Shown: positions 11,273-25,657 of the stretch, piece by piece | How positions within the stretch are numbered: the stretch's first letter is position 1 | Layout of the letters: each line of letters begins with the position of its first letter | Assembly: GCF_006345805.1 (NCBI RefSeq) | Contig: NC_043006.1 | Coordinates: 60,326,001-60,390,000, forward strand | Source: Octopus sinensis | Taxonomy: Eukaryota | Length of the DNA: 64,000 bases | Direction: 5' to 3' | The notes under the pieces: generated by a model | What the model was told of the DNA's origin: nothing | Databases searched by the model: none | What the model saw: only the letters and a program-made list of their open reading frames with translations | Position numbers and translations under genes: made by a program

Positions 11273-11633
11273 TTAAATAGAGGGAAATATTAGAGTTCAA
11301 TATGAGGAGTTATTTTGGAAAAGGAAGCAAATAAGGTGTATATAGGGAAATAGAATGTAGAGATAAAAATAAAAATTTATAAAGATGTTATAGTTACAGT
11401 TCCATTATCCAAGGAAATTGGTTGAAATGCTTCCTGTCCGTGGTTTGTAAATTCTAATATGTATGTACGTGTGCATGTTGGCGTGTATATGTGCGCACGT
11501 GTATGCGTTTATGCATGTATTTAGGGGTATGCGTGTGCGCGCATATATATATGTGTATGGATGTGCATATATGGGCATCTGTATGTATACGTATGTGCGT
11601 ATATATTTGTACGTGTATATGTATCTGTGTGTA

Positions 11634-11717
<84 letters not shown>

Positions 11718-12346
11718 TATGCATGCATGCATACACGTTTAAATACACTAGTACGCAACTCTATATAATAATGCATTTCACACACACATACATGTGCATG
11801 TGTGCGTGCGTATATCGATATACACTTCTCTCTTTCCTTCTCTCTGATTCCTCTCTCCATACTATAACATTAGCCAGTTGAATAAGCATATAAATCTATT
11901 TATAGAAACTTGACCAGTCTTAGTATTCTTCCCTTCCAATTTGTGGTTTACTACTGACTTTAGAAATCCTCCTCCTATATCTTTTTCTGTACCCATTCCT
12001 TAACACCATTGTAACATATCACTCCACCTCACACATATTCACTACATACATTCTTATCACTTCTTACCCTCCCCTACTCCTCTCCCATTCCCCCCTCATA
12101 ATATCTTGACCACCATCTAACACTCCTTCTTTCACTTTTTTCACTTCCTTACACTTTTTTCATTTTCTCTTCTTTTTTCATTTTCTCATCTTGTTTTCAT
12201 CTTCTCTTCCTATTCCTTTCCTTCTTCTTTTCTCACCTTTTCCTTTGACCTCTTTCTTCATTTTAACATACACAGCTCTTCTCCCCTCTCCATCCTCTTA
12301 ATACTATTACTACATTCTCACATCTTCATTCACACCACAAGAACCC

Positions 12347-12640
12347 GTGATTAGATTTGGTAGACGGAAACTGAAAGAAGCCCGTCGTATATATGTATAT
12401 ATATATGTATGTGTGTGTATATATTTGTGTCTGTGTTTGTCCTCCCAACATCGCTTCACAGCCGATGTTGGTGTGTTTACGTCCCCGTAACATAGCGGTT
12501 CGGCACAAGGGACCACTAGAATAAGTACTAGGCTTCCAAAGAATAAGTCCTGGGGTCAATTTGGTCGACTAAAGGCGGTACTCCAGCATAACGGCAGTCA
12601 AATCACTGAGACAAGTAAAAGTAAAAAGTAAAATAAGTAA
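12347..12640 (+). mobile_element. 5'-truncated SINE family B
   Basis: Matches the 3' two-thirds of 10416-11013; further partial copies at ~16434-16815 (-), 52131-52345 (+), 56995-57150, 57663-57820 and 63176-63385. Confidence 0.75.
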
Positions 12641-12815
12641 AAGAATATATATATATATATATATAACTTATAAGTAAGGACAAAAGAAAAAATTTCTAAT
12701 GCCAAAATATGCCGAAAATAGACAACGTCGATAACCATATGATTTATCACTAACAAGCACGTATTTCGAAGAAAGCTAATAGAAATTTCTGAAAAATCCT
12801 GTTATTACTATGTAT

Positions 12816-12857
<42 letters not shown>

Positions 12858-12860
<3 letters not shown>

Positions 12861-15800
12861 TGGCGTGCGTTGGGCATGCAATTAATTTCATTGAACCCCC
12901 CCCCCCCTCGGCAATTTTTCAGTAAAACATTTTCGTATACCTACGATTTACATATAAGAGATTCTGAATATGCAGAATAAATAGGGAATAAAAAATGACT
13001 GCGCAGAGATGATCCTGAAATAATTGCATTGTTCGTATTATTCTTTGCTCTTCGAAACGTCAGTACTTTCCCATTCTCGTTCTCCCTTAGAAAATTCTAA
13101 AAATCATAAGTGAAATGTAATAAAGATGAAATTGGATTCTGTCAATATTTTTGCATATTCAGAATCTCTGTTAAAGGTAGGAATCCGAAAAAAACTTTTG
13201 ACATAAATTCGTTTTTCAAAGGGGTGCGATTCTGCATTAGCTCCTATACCTATCGGTTGAGCTGAATGAAATGATTTAATTAAAAGAACACATTTAGTTA
13301 CATTATATGGCCATGGTTTTAGATCGTTACGCTCTCGAAGACAAGTCAGGTGCTTTATCATGCTACTTGTCAATTCCGGGAAAATTATTGACTGTACTGA
13401 GACTTACTGAACTCCGTACATTAAAGGACTACGTCTCACGCACAAACATTGAAAATACACGCATATACATGAATACTCACACAATGAAAGACAGCGAAAA
13501 TTCAACATTGTAAAAAGCCTCCCAAAACTGTTGTGGCAGAAGTCAACATCTCTGAGATTGAAACAAGGCACTTATTGAAAGTGAAACAAAACACTTATTT
13601 ACGGCCGTAAATAGACTACACCCAGCAGCACAGAAAGGGAAATCTATGTAGGTTAGGTTTCACGAAGAAATCAAAACGTTTCTCCTGCGAAACAATACTG
13701 ATGTAAGAAGGTCGAACCTTACGTTATAACAAACACTAAGCAAAACCTGTAATATATGCTCTTTAATATATTATTTTTTTTTAATGTTTTAAAATGTTAC
13801 TTAGCTCATTTATAAATTAATTCAATTCTTCGATCTTTCTGAGCAAATATATCTATCACATTTTCATAGAAATCTTCTCTTTTCATCAATTCTTGTAATA
13901 AATCTTTTTCAATTGACATTAGCGCTAACCCAGACAGTCTTCTTTCTCCTGTCGCATTTCTTTGGCATGTTTTAATTCTACTTAATGCAGAAAAGGATCG
14001 CTCTACAGAAGCAGTGGTAGACGGAATTGTCAAAATCAACTTGCACAGATTGAAGAGTTCTGGCATAGCTTCAACAAGATCAGTGCTGTTAATGTAACTC
14101 ATTAAATGACTTACACTTGGTTTTTTAAAATCTTTCATTGAATACATCACATTGAGCTCACTTTGTAATCGTATTACATCAAAAAATCTGCCATAAGTTG
14201 TTCTTAAGGAATCTAAAGAGTCCACAGGAAATTGTTTGCAATACTCATCAACTTTGTTGAAATTCAAAAGTTCCATAAATTTAAACTCTTCTAAGGATGA
14301 ATATCGTGCTTTTATTTGGTCAACTATTGTACTTATAATTTTGTTATAAAGCGTTCTATAATGTCGTTGGGGATCAATAGATATATTCTTGGATCTCTAA
14401 ATTCCGATTCCTGCATCGACTCCATATTTTTCCCCTAACCTATCATAAAAGACTGAAAAATTATCAAGTTTGTTTTCGAGTACAGTTCTAGTTTTATCTA
14501 TTTGCTGTTTACAATACACTATGTCATGACTTTTACTCTGGAGTATGTTAAATAAGACGTCAGTAAAAGAAAAAAATGTCACTGAATACCTCTAACAAAA
14601 ATAAGAAATCAGGAGCTTTTAAAGTGTGTAAGAATCCAATTGCTGAATTTATGGTGGTATCATCCCATGCTTCAGAATTTTCAATGATGTGTTCAAAAAG
14701 GCTGATTATGAAATTATAATTTTCCTTTGTGGTAATAATAAGATGTGAGGAGTAATTCCATCTAGTTGCTGTTGCTTTCGGAAATCTTTTTTTAACAATA
14801 TTATCTAATGCATTAGTCCTTTTCGGTGATTTCGTAAAAAATGTACCGAGTCCGTTTATTGTAGAAAAAAATATCTTGCATTCTTTCATAGTAGAGCATG
14901 ATTGTGAAAGAACTAAATTTAGGATATGGGCACAACAATGAATAAAGATCGCACATTCATATTTCTTTCTTACTTTTGCCTGTAACCCATTTAGTTGTCC
15001 TGCCATTGTAGCGGCACCATCATATGTCTGCGCAATCAATTTGTTTCCACATTCCCACGTCTCAATGCATTTAAAAACATGTTCAGATAAAGCATTTGCA
15101 GATCGATCTGCACTAACATCACTAAAACCGATAAAGCGTTCTTTCGTCACACAGTCTTCTGTAACATAACGTAAAACTGTTGACAGTTGTGAAGATGCTG
15201 AGACATCAGATGTCTCATCAACAAGAATAGAAACAAACTTAGCTTGGTCAATTTCCTTCTGCATCTCATTCAACATAACTTTATGAATTGCTTCGATCAA
15301 GTCATTTTGAATTCTGTTCGACAGACCAGTGAAGATAGAAGCTGTATCTAAATGACTTTCCATTTGTTTGTCATATTTACTGATCAAATAAACGAGTTCT
15401 TTATAATTTCCCCGATTATTAGAGCCTTCAGATTCAAAATGCCCCCGAAACGATAATTCCTGGAGGCCTAAAAAAATAACAACATCGATCAATCGTTGCA
15501 GAATGGATCTGTTTCGTCGAACTTTCTCATTATGCTGTTGTATGCTTTGATTTTTACGTGCATCTAATTGTAAGTCTATGTGAACATTCCCGAATATTTT
15601 AAGGTCTATCAAACATTTTATATGCCTTTGAGAACGCTCGTGCTTTAGCATAGCCATATGTAAATTATTTAAATCATCATAGCCTTTATTATTCCAAACA
15701 TTTTTTTCTAAGCCAAAAAGTAAACACGGCCAACAGAATAATTTATTAAGAGCAACACTTCCAGTTAACCATTTCTTCTTTTCATACGAATTAACCTGAA

Positions 15801-16394
15801 ATTGTCTCGTGAATTTCTTGTTGTAGCTTCGCAAATTAGGTAAATTCGGTGTTGGTCTCCCACGATTTATAATTAATTTTTTCCCATCGAAGTCCCTTTT
15901 AGAAAAACTAGTTCTCAAAATATCGTTTATAACACACATTTCACTCATTTTGAAAAAGGCTGCTCTTATTTAAGGACCCACGTGGAAGCGCCGGCGTAAA
16001 TTTTAAGTCAATTTCAACAAAACGGAAAAATACCCTTTGTTAAATTAATTTAAGATTAATTAGCTATTTCTGAAATAAGAAATATAATATAGATATTTTT
16101 GCTTTCAAAACTTTCTAAAAATATGATAGTGCAAACGGATGTTTTGGATAAATAATTTCAAACTTACATGCGAAGGCTATTCCAACATTTCAGCTGGCTA
16201 AAACAAGAATTATGGACGGCTCTTGTTCCGGTCAAAATAGCCAGAGAGGCGTGATATGCAGATGTACGTGATATGCAGATGTATCAAAGCAGATGTACGA
16301 AGTGGAGACAATATTTCTAAAACAACTGGACGTATTTTCTTTGAAACAAAGAAGGCATGCAGCGCATACCTTGCATTGCTGAGAGTGCACGCCC

Positions 16395-16397
<3 letters not shown>
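12858..16397 (-). mobile_element. hAT DNA transposon (ZMYM1-like / TTF-zinc-finger transposase type), 3540 bp
   Basis: TIRs CAGTGGCGTGC (12858) and GCACGCCCCTG (ending 16397), 10/11 match; both flanks read ATATATAT, consistent with an 8-bp TSD in (TA)n. Confidence 0.9.
13806..15948 (-). pseudogene. hAT transposase (~714 codons) with one frameshift and one in-frame stop
   Basis: Motifs WLTGS...LFCWPC, FRGH, VDETSD, TYDGA, HCCAH, TRWN, ASVERSFSAL. An A7 run at ~14570-14576 shifts the frame; TAG at 14397-14399 is followed by open in-frame sequence into ORF 13806-14276. Confidence 0.9.
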
Positions 16398-16435
<38 letters not shown>

Positions 16436-16647
16436 TCTTTTACTCTTTACTCTTTTACTTGTTTCAGTCATTTTGACTGCGGCCATGCTGGAGCACCGCC
16501 TTTAGTCGAACAAATCGACCCCGGGACTTATTCTTTGTAAGCCCAGTACTTATTCTATCGGTCTCTTTTGCCGAACCGCTAAGAGACGGGGACGTAAACA
16601 CACCAGCATCGGTTGTCAAGCAATGCTAGGGGACAAACACAGACACA

Positions 16648-16741
<94 letters not shown>

Positions 16742-16812
16742 TACGACAGGCTTCTTTCAGTTTCTGTCCACCAAATCCACTCACAAGGCATTGGTCGGCC
16801 CGGGGCTATAGC

Positions 16813-16904
<92 letters not shown>

Positions 16905-17333
16905 AGAAACACACAGAGATTAAATCACAGCGAAATTTCTTGCCAACCGCACACTATACCTGACAAAAAAAAGACGAAACAAAAGTGACCTTACAGAATT
17001 TTATTCTAGATTGTCAGAAACGTGTTCACTCACTTGTCTACTCGAGTTTAAAAAACACATGTTGAGAGACAAACAAGCTGAGAGACACACAGATAAGATA
17101 AGATAAGATGGATAGACAGATAGATATATAGATGGAAATATAGCGATATTTCGTGATAAAAGTGCACGATCTCAGTTGGTTTCCGGTACAACTATTTTCT
17201 CCGTTATTAAGACAAGCAGAAAGGATCTTAAATATATCATGTATGTGTATGTGGGTAAGTGTGTACGTATGCAAATATGCATAAATGTGTGTGTGTGTGC
17301 GTGTAGCTAGATATGTATATTTATACGTATCCT

Positions 17334-17378
<45 letters not shown>

Positions 17379-18353
17379 GTCCATTTAAAAGCAGAGCGAT
17401 AGAAAGAGAGAAAAAGGGAGTGATCATCTGTTTTCTTTCCTTCGTGTAGCTGAATGGTAGGGTTGCTTCGTACTATTTCATTCTCTTCTGGTGTAGAAGA
17501 TGTAATCAATAATAAAAGAAGAGTAAGGGATAAATTTGAAGATAAAGTATTCTTTCTTTTATGCATGGAAATTGTTATTCCCATTAACCTAATGCGCAAT
17601 AACATTTTCATCTCTTATCGGCATAGATTCATAAGCAGTTGTCTCTACCATTAGCTAACTTCAATCTAAGCTAAAACTTATGCATCAAAGTTGTGTATAG
17701 TCGGAATAAATATAACTTTACATAATAAAATTATATAAATCACAAGAGTAACTTGAACTGTTCCACAAAATTTAAATATATTTCCCCTGCTGAGAAATCG
17801 TCTTTTGACAGAATAGTTATAAATATGCATATGCACAAAACAGCTGCACACATGTATGTGCGTACGCGAGCGAATTTATGTAATATAAACAAATCATGTA
17901 CACTAACTGTTTTTTTTTTAATATTATATAATATATATTTTTGCATGAAAATGCCTACTTCAAAAAAAAAAAAAGAAAACAAATTATATTTATTCTAGAG
18001 AAGAAAACTACTGTTTTGATTTCGTGTTTCATTTAAAAAAAAAAACATTCCATAGTGTTTCTACGATAGCTATCAGAGGGTTTTAAGTATTATTTCTATA
18101 ATGTACATGTGTGTGAGTGCACACGTACGTATCTCTGTATGTATTTGAGATTATGTGTAAATAGATAAGTGAGTAGACAGTAAACATGTGTGTGTGTAAG
18201 AGTATATCTATGTATATATGTGTATATAAATAATATATACGTATGTAGTGAGAGAGGGAGAGATGCAAATAAACATACATACATGAATATTTACTTATGC
18301 ATAAATACATACGTATATATATAATATATAGATATATATATATCTATATATAT

Positions 18354-18407
<54 letters not shown>

Positions 18408-18424
18408 TATATATAAACAATATA

Positions 18425-18474
<50 letters not shown>

Positions 18475-18541
18475 CCTCGTGTGTACCGTTGGCGATTTTT
18501 TTTCCTCTGTCTTCCCTTCTCTGGATCTTTCCTTCTCCTAT

Positions 18542-18576
18542 GTTTCCGACGAAGAGCTCCGCTCGAAACGTTAAAC
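18542..18576 (+). ncRNA. Minimal type I hammerhead-like motif (U4C variant) in a ~200-bp pyrimidine-rich insert in (TA)n
   Basis: gttt-CCGACGA-a-gagc-tcc-gctc-GAAACGTT-aaac: 4-bp stem I, 4-bp stem II, palindromic ACGT stem III. Confidence 0.55.
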
Positions 18577-18729
18577 CCTCCTTCTTTCCTTCTTTCCTGA
18601 GCGTCCAATAATACTATATTTGTTCCACGTCCTCGCGTTGTTGTGTTTTTTGTGCTTTCTCGTTTGGATTAACTATATATATTCATACATACATAAATGC
18701 ATACATACATACATACATACATACATACA

Positions 18730-18762
<33 letters not shown>

Positions 18763-19116
18763 GTAGACATAAATGTATGATTTTTCTATTGTAAATTTAT
18801 AAACTGCACTGGAATGGTACATTACGGAGATGTGAATGTTGGCATAAAAGTAACAATATACCAAACTACGCTGGCAATCTGCGAGCTATTCACACACAGC
18901 TGGGGGAATCGGTGCATTAACAATTCAAACATTTTGTCCAGAAACAGTTTGGAAACAACAACTATACAAGATTCGGACTCCTGGTATGTCGGATAAATCT
19001 CTATTACCTTTAACATTTACTTGATTTCCTGTCAACATGTGTGTGTGTGTGTGTGTGTGTTTGTGTAAATACATGTTTGAATGTTTGTATTATATATATA
19101 TATTATATATATATTA

Positions 19117-19151
<35 letters not shown>

Positions 19152-19367
19152 TATATATATATACTATTATATATATATAATATATATATATGTATATATA
19201 TACTATATATATATATATATAAAGAGCAATAAAGATTCAAGTTAATTTAAATGAATTTACTTGAATATGGTACCTAACTAGATGCACCAAAAAAAACTAT
19301 ACTGATTTAACAATACAGTAATGTGGGGTGATTATAAGCGAGAAAGAAGCAACAAGAATGGATAGGT

Positions 19368-19458
19368 TTTTAGTACGATCGTTTCATACAAGGACAGGTT
19401 TTATTAAAAGTTGCAAAGATTACAGCATATAAACGAGTCCCGTACTCATCAGCTAAAA
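19368..19458 (-). ncRNA. Hammerhead ribozyme, inverted copy of 22457-22547
   Basis: Reverse complement reads ttttag-CTGATGA-...-GAAACGATCGTA-ctaaaa. Confidence 0.8.
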
Positions 19459-22456
19459 TACATGTGAGTTCTAGACATCCTAGTGTTTGAGGCTATACTC
19501 ATGAAGTAATGTAGATAATTAATTAACATAAACATATTTCTAAAGTTCATTAAAGTTCTTTAAAGATGATGTACAGTCTTATCACAGAATTTAAAAAAGT
19601 TTTGATAGCATCACAGAGAAGGTGACCTAATCCATATGAATTTCCATAGATATGATGAGGGATTATATACTCACAGAAGACAAATTTATCCATTGTAATT
19701 ACAACGAGGTGGGTCTCAATTCCTGCTTATTAGCATTACGAGAGGGTGAATTACTCCTTTGTATAGATGCCACAAATTCCAATGGTGGATGTAAATTTCC
19801 AGAGAAATGGAGATGAATTTCATATTCACAGGCGATAAATTTTTCAATGGTTGAACACAATGAGGTAGGTATCATGTGAGATGAATAGTAGTAATTCTAC
19901 GAACCCTAAATTTTATAAAAAAGATATATTATGGCTGAATATTCCTTTCAACTGTGCGATACAATCGGATATACAGAACAAATTCAGAGTGATTCTGGAA
20001 AAAAATTTCCCTATCTCTCATAGATATCATAGAATTATTTCTAGGAAAACAGTTAGGATTTCTTATTCAACCCTCCCAATATGTCCACTTTAATAGCTAA
20101 AATTAATAATAACAACATTAAACTAGCCAGGAAAGATAGAAATAAAAATAATAATATCAGCATGAATACCAATAGCAATAACAATAATACTACCAACAAT
20201 AAACAGCAATAGGAACTATCAAAACATAGGTGAAATTAGTAACCACAGAATGACTAATAACATTAACTTAATAGTAATAATAACAATGCCGATATTAATA
20301 GAAGTAATAGAAATAATAGAAATAAGGCTAATGGAGAAAATAAGGAGAATGAAAATATCAGTGATATCTCTAACCATAATATGCAGTTGGATAAAAAGAC
20401 TAACAATAATAATAACATTACGAATAATATAAGAAATCTTGGTAGGACTTTACACCTAAATGATGAAACAGAAGGATCAATAAATAATAGCAATACTTTA
20501 GATATCAGCACCAACTATAGAAATGATAATCAAAATAATAGGAACTAAAACATCTACCCAGAATAATCCAAGGCCTGAAGTGGTTCCTCCTGTGTGTAAG
20601 TGTAGAATAAAATCAAAATGCCCGGCACCTGGTCTATGTAGGGAAAATAATGTAATCTATAAATGTACCATATCCACGGAGAATACAAATATTTTTACAT
20701 TGGCTGTACAATTAATTTTTAGCCAGAGTTAGAAATCACATCTCGACTTTTAAATTACGTCATAAAGCTGGTACCACCACACTTTCAAACAAAATCTGGG
20801 AACTCAAAAATAATAATAAAATTATACCCTTAATTGGGAAATAGTTAGGAGAGCAATTCCGTATAAAAATAGTAGGGTTGGTTGTCAACTATGCTCCATG
20901 GAGACGTACGAAATTCTAAAGCATAGTAAACATGGAAACTTATTGAATAACCCATATCGAACTAGGTCAAGTTTGTGTCCACGCTAAATTGAAGACTTTA
21001 AAATATTTTAAATGATTGGAATATTCGTAACTAGATAGATAGATATAACTTGATTTCTACTAGTATAGCACTGCTTTAAGTAGATAACTAAGAGTTCTCA
21101 CATTACAGTTATCTTTTTCCTTATATCTGCATCAGTTTTTTGAGAACAGGGAAATGAATAGTACTTATTCGCTACTTAATTGAGGCTTTATTTAATTTCA
21201 AACTCACAATTTTTAAATTCTTAATTTTAAATCTTAATTGTAATATTTATTTTTAATCCCTAACTTAATCTAATTTAAGTAGCATAACTCTAATAAATTA
21301 TAATGAGTTACTGTAGCCCCATAATTCTATTTCAAATTAAATAAATAAGGCTATTCCCTCGGTGATAATATGATTATCTTCATTATGATAGACAATCCCC
21401 TAACACCTTGTAAATGATCTTATAAGATTTGACCTGTAGTCAGTCAATGTATGAATAATAACGACAACTCCTTAAGACAATAAAATGAATAAATTAAATA
21501 AGTAAATTTTTAATGACTTTTGATAAGATTAACTTAGATTTTCCTAATGTATTTTCTGATGATTTTAGCATCTGACCCCTTAACCCCTGACTGTGTTATC
21601 TCTTTAGATTCTCTTTAAACTCATAGCTGATTTCAACAGCAATAAATTAACGGTTTACTGGTCAAGAAATAACATTCTCCTCTAGTTCCTAGATGCCTGT
21701 TGATTAAAACCAGACTTGCAGTCTACTAACTCTTCTGTATAACTAGAACCCTCTTTTTTTTCTTTTTCTTTTTTCCCTTCTTTCCCTATTTCTTTCTCTT
21801 TTCTCTTTTTTCTTTTCTTCTTCTTATTCTCTGTTTCCTTTTCTCTTCTCTTTTAGTACCCCCCCCCCCCCTTTTTGCTCCCTCCTCCATTATTTTCTCT
21901 CTTTTCTTCTATTCCCTTCTCTATTCTTGGCCGCTCTAGAAAGCCCTTCAGCCTTAAGAGTTAAATAGCTACAGCCTCTTGTGAATAGCAGTAATGTGAT
22001 TAATATGGCAAATACCTAATCATATAACAAGGATTGATACCTACCTCATTGTGTTCAACCATTGAAAAATTTATCGCCTGTGAATATGAAATTCATCTCC
22101 ATTTCTCTGGAAATTTACATCTACACCATTGGAATTTGTGCATCTATACAAAGGAGTAATTCACCCTCTCTGTAATGCTAATAAGCAGGAATTGAGACCC
22201 ACCTCGTTGTAATTAACAATGGATAAATTTGTCTTCTGTGAGTATATAATCCCTCATCATATCTATGGAAATTCATATGGATTAGGTCACCTTCTCTGTG
22301 ATGCTATCAAAACTTTTTTAAAATTCTGTGATAAGACTGTACATCATCTTTAAAGAACTTTAATGAACTTTAGAATATCTGTTTATGTTAATTAATTATC
22401 TACATTACTTCATGAGTATAGCCTCAAACACTAGGAGTCTAGAGAACTCACATGTA

Positions 22457-22547
22457 TTTTAGCTGATGAGTACGGGACTCGTTTATATGCTGTAATCTTT
22501 GCAACTTTTAATAAAACCTGTCCTTGTATGAAACGATCGTACTAAAA
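22457..22547 (+). ncRNA. Type I hammerhead ribozyme with intact core and 60-nt stem II
   Basis: Stem I ttttag/ctaaaa; CTGATGA 22463-22469; stem II gtacgggac...gtccttgtat; GAAA 22530-22533; palindromic stem III ACGATCGT; GUA cleavage triplet 22539-22541. Confidence 0.85.
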
Positions 22548-22577
22548 ACCTATCCATTCTTGTTGCTTCTTTCTCGC

Positions 22578-22632
<55 letters not shown>

Positions 22633-23998
22633 TATATACGTGTGTGCATGTAACACACACACACACAGACATATACAAACATATACATACATCTAGTAAT
22701 GGAAAGATCTTCCTATAGAAAATAAGTCTTGACCACACTATTTAGTTTTCCAAATCAGACAGTTCAAATTATGCCACGAAAATTAACAGAATTTAACACG
22801 CGCTCTTGCAGACAAAAGGAAAGTAACCTATGAATGCTAATTTTAATTTTTATTTTATAAATAGCTCATTTCTCGCTACATATTCCATTTTTGTACATGT
22901 AGCATTTTCGTTCTTCATTTTCATAAATATCTACTTACTCGTGTATTACCTCTACACATTTTAAAATAAATATATGTATATATATATTTATATATATAAT
23001 AATATATACACATACATACGTGATACACAGACACACATATATACACAGACACACACATGTATACACAGACACACACAGACGCACACGCACACATACACAA
23101 CACACTCACATGCCAACACTACAATACAAACACCTAATTCGCACTGTAGTGTCATCAGTGTCTCAAAGAGCAGGAACATTGAAGATTAAGAAATTCTCAT
23201 TTGTTTGGCCGACCATATATCTAGCAACCTATGAACACAAGCAAGGAGTACTTGTGATTCCAGATTCACAGATTATGTGTGATTTCAAAGTTAAGAGGAT
23301 TAATACCATATCATTTCACGTTAGTATTATTACTAATTAGATTAATGTCGATAACCGGAATGATGTAACATAACATTTAGTGCTGAAGGACATGAATTGA
23401 TGTTGATCCTGTTGAAGATAATGAGTTGTTCTTAGTCATATGGTTCTCTTAATGTGCGAACCTCCATGATAACCTGAATGCAATACAAAATAATTTGCCT
23501 TTGTGCAGTAGGTAAAAATCTATAAAAGATGCTGTATGCTGTCGATGGGGCAAAGAAATAAAGATAAACTGCAAATTATATGCAGGAAATTATACCAAGA
23601 CGATATTGGATTTATTGACAGCTCATGCCTTTCAGCATTAGAAGATGAATAAATGTGCCATAGCGAAACCCCTACAGTTTCTAACCTCATCGGTAGTTTA
23701 TACGAATAGATCTGGTATGAATATGAGGTGCAATATTTTCTCAGAAACACTCCAAACAAAGTCATGGAACACTTGATGTTTTGGACGTGTGACATGATGG
23801 ATGAAGCTATATCACGGTGTGTATCTCTTTATATATATTCTTTTATTCTGTTACTTGTTTCAGACAGTTAAAGCGATGGTAGGGCGACAAACACACGTAC
23901 ATACATATGTTCATACATACATACAAACATACATACATACATACATGCATACATGCATACATATATATATGTATATATATATGTAAATATATATATAT

Positions 23999-24416
23999 AT
24001 TCTTTTACTCTTTTACTCTTTTACTTGTTTCAGTCATTTGACTGCGGCCATGCTGGAGCACCGCCTTTAGTCGAGTAAATCGACCCCAGGACTTATTCTT
24101 TGTAAGCCTAGTACTTATTCTATTGGTCTCTTTTGCCGAACCGCTAAGTTACAGGGACATAAACACACCAGTATCGGTTGTCAAGCGATGTTTGGTGGGG
24201 AGTACAAACATAGACACACAAACACACACATACATATATACACATATACATATATACGACGGGCTTCTTTCAGTTTCCGTCTACCAAATCCACTCACAAG
24301 ACTTTGGTCGGCCCGAGGCTATAGTAGAAGACACTTGGCCAAGGTACCACGCAGTGGGAGTGAATCCGGAACCATGTGGTTGGTAAGCAAGCTACTTAAC
24401 ACACAGCCACTCCTGC

Positions 24417-24419
<3 letters not shown>
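23999..24419 (-). mobile_element. Full-length SINE family B
   Basis: Reverse complement of the 10416-11013 type, with a short internal microsatellite. Confidence 0.85.
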
Positions 24420-24470
<51 letters not shown>

Positions 24471-24879
24471 ATAGAATAAGAGAGGTTCAGTTCACTAATG
24501 ATCTAAACAAATAGGTACGCTCGGTAAAAGCTATAGTAGGTCGACCGTTAGGTTCTAAGGTCACAGCTAAGGCTGGATCTAGGGATCCGTTTTAGGGTTC
24601 CATTATAGAAGGTATATATTATATTAGAGGAAAAATTAATACAAAGGCAGAACGAGTATTTCAAGTCATTTAGAATAATTTAACTTGAAATCTTACAGTC
24701 GTTTCTGGGATAACCCAGCTGGTAGGTTAGCATGTCCATTATCAATAATTTCACTATGTATATACGATATAAATAGCGAAACTATTAAAACTGAAACTAT
24801 TCTCTCACATTACATAAGAGATGTTATTGTTTCATTTTTGACACGTAATTCTGAAATAGTGTAAGGGATTGCTCTGGGA

Positions 24880-25057
24880 TCGAATTAGGCAAGAAGTTGA
24901 ACATTTCTGACCTATGGCATTCCATACACCCTTAGTAGTCTGTGTGCAAAATTTGAATGAAATCGGTTGGGTAGTCCTCAAGAGATGCACACATACAGAC
25001 ACACACACAGACAGAGAGGCAAAGAGACAGGCAGATAGATATTCCTCAGTTTTATAT
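24880..25057 (-). mobile_element. Possible non-autonomous Helitron 5' portion
   Basis: gtgcaaaatttgaatgaaatcggttgggtagt...cagacacacacac...ctcagttttatata resembles the 5' ends of non-autonomous Helitrons; no 3' end found. Confidence 0.4.
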
Positions 25058-25623
25058 AAAAAGCTAAGCTCTGGTGGTGATGAACAGTTCTCGTTTGCAG
25101 TGTTTGTTTTCTGAGATTATTCTTGTTTTGGTTTGATTTCATTATCGGAAATTGTGATACGTGATATTTTGGCAATCCCATCCTTTAAAATAGGTTAAAT
25201 AGGTGTATGCTACCAGTGCGGTGGCATACACGGGTTCTAAGGGGTGTATTTGTTTCTAACCACGTCTTGCTGTCTTTCAAAAATCAGAAAAGGGTTTGTG
25301 TGATGTAGTTTTACATGCGTTAAACATTAATAAAAGCTGTGTGAATGTCACAGTTAAGATCTATATAATCATAGGTATATTCGATCAAGCTGGCCTGGGG
25401 CTAAAGAACAGCAGCAATAGCAGTCGTCCAAGAATTTGGACCTGGGGATCTCCATTTCCAGCGACTTTGAGGGTCACCTCCCAGTGGTGTCGGGCGTCAG
25501 TGAAGAGCCCTCGACTATAACAAGACGACCAAATTTTTTTTTGTTTTTTCTTTCCAAGGTCTGGGGTCTCCCGCTATTAAGCCCCAGACCATCACGTAAT
25601 CACCATTACTCGTCTTGTTGCTT

Positions 25624-25657
<34 letters not shown>

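Larger units (their letters stand above)
19222..22577 (+). mobile_element. Penelope-like element with inverted pseudo-LTRs (19338-19874 / 22035-22577) and degenerate thumb-linker-GIY-YIG region
   Basis: WLNIPFNCAIQSDI...KTVRISYSTLP; CKCRIKSKCPAPGLC...VIYKC; TTLSNKIWELK...CQLC. Arms are near-identical inverted copies; the left arm has an extra ~115-bp tail; both ends sit in (TA)n. Confidence 0.9.

Noticed and set aside
13104-13513. Second gene inside the hAT element
   Set aside because: Short ORFs with no recognisable motif.
21556-21562. CTGATGA in the PLE 3' region
   Set aside because: No pairing stem I/III could be built.
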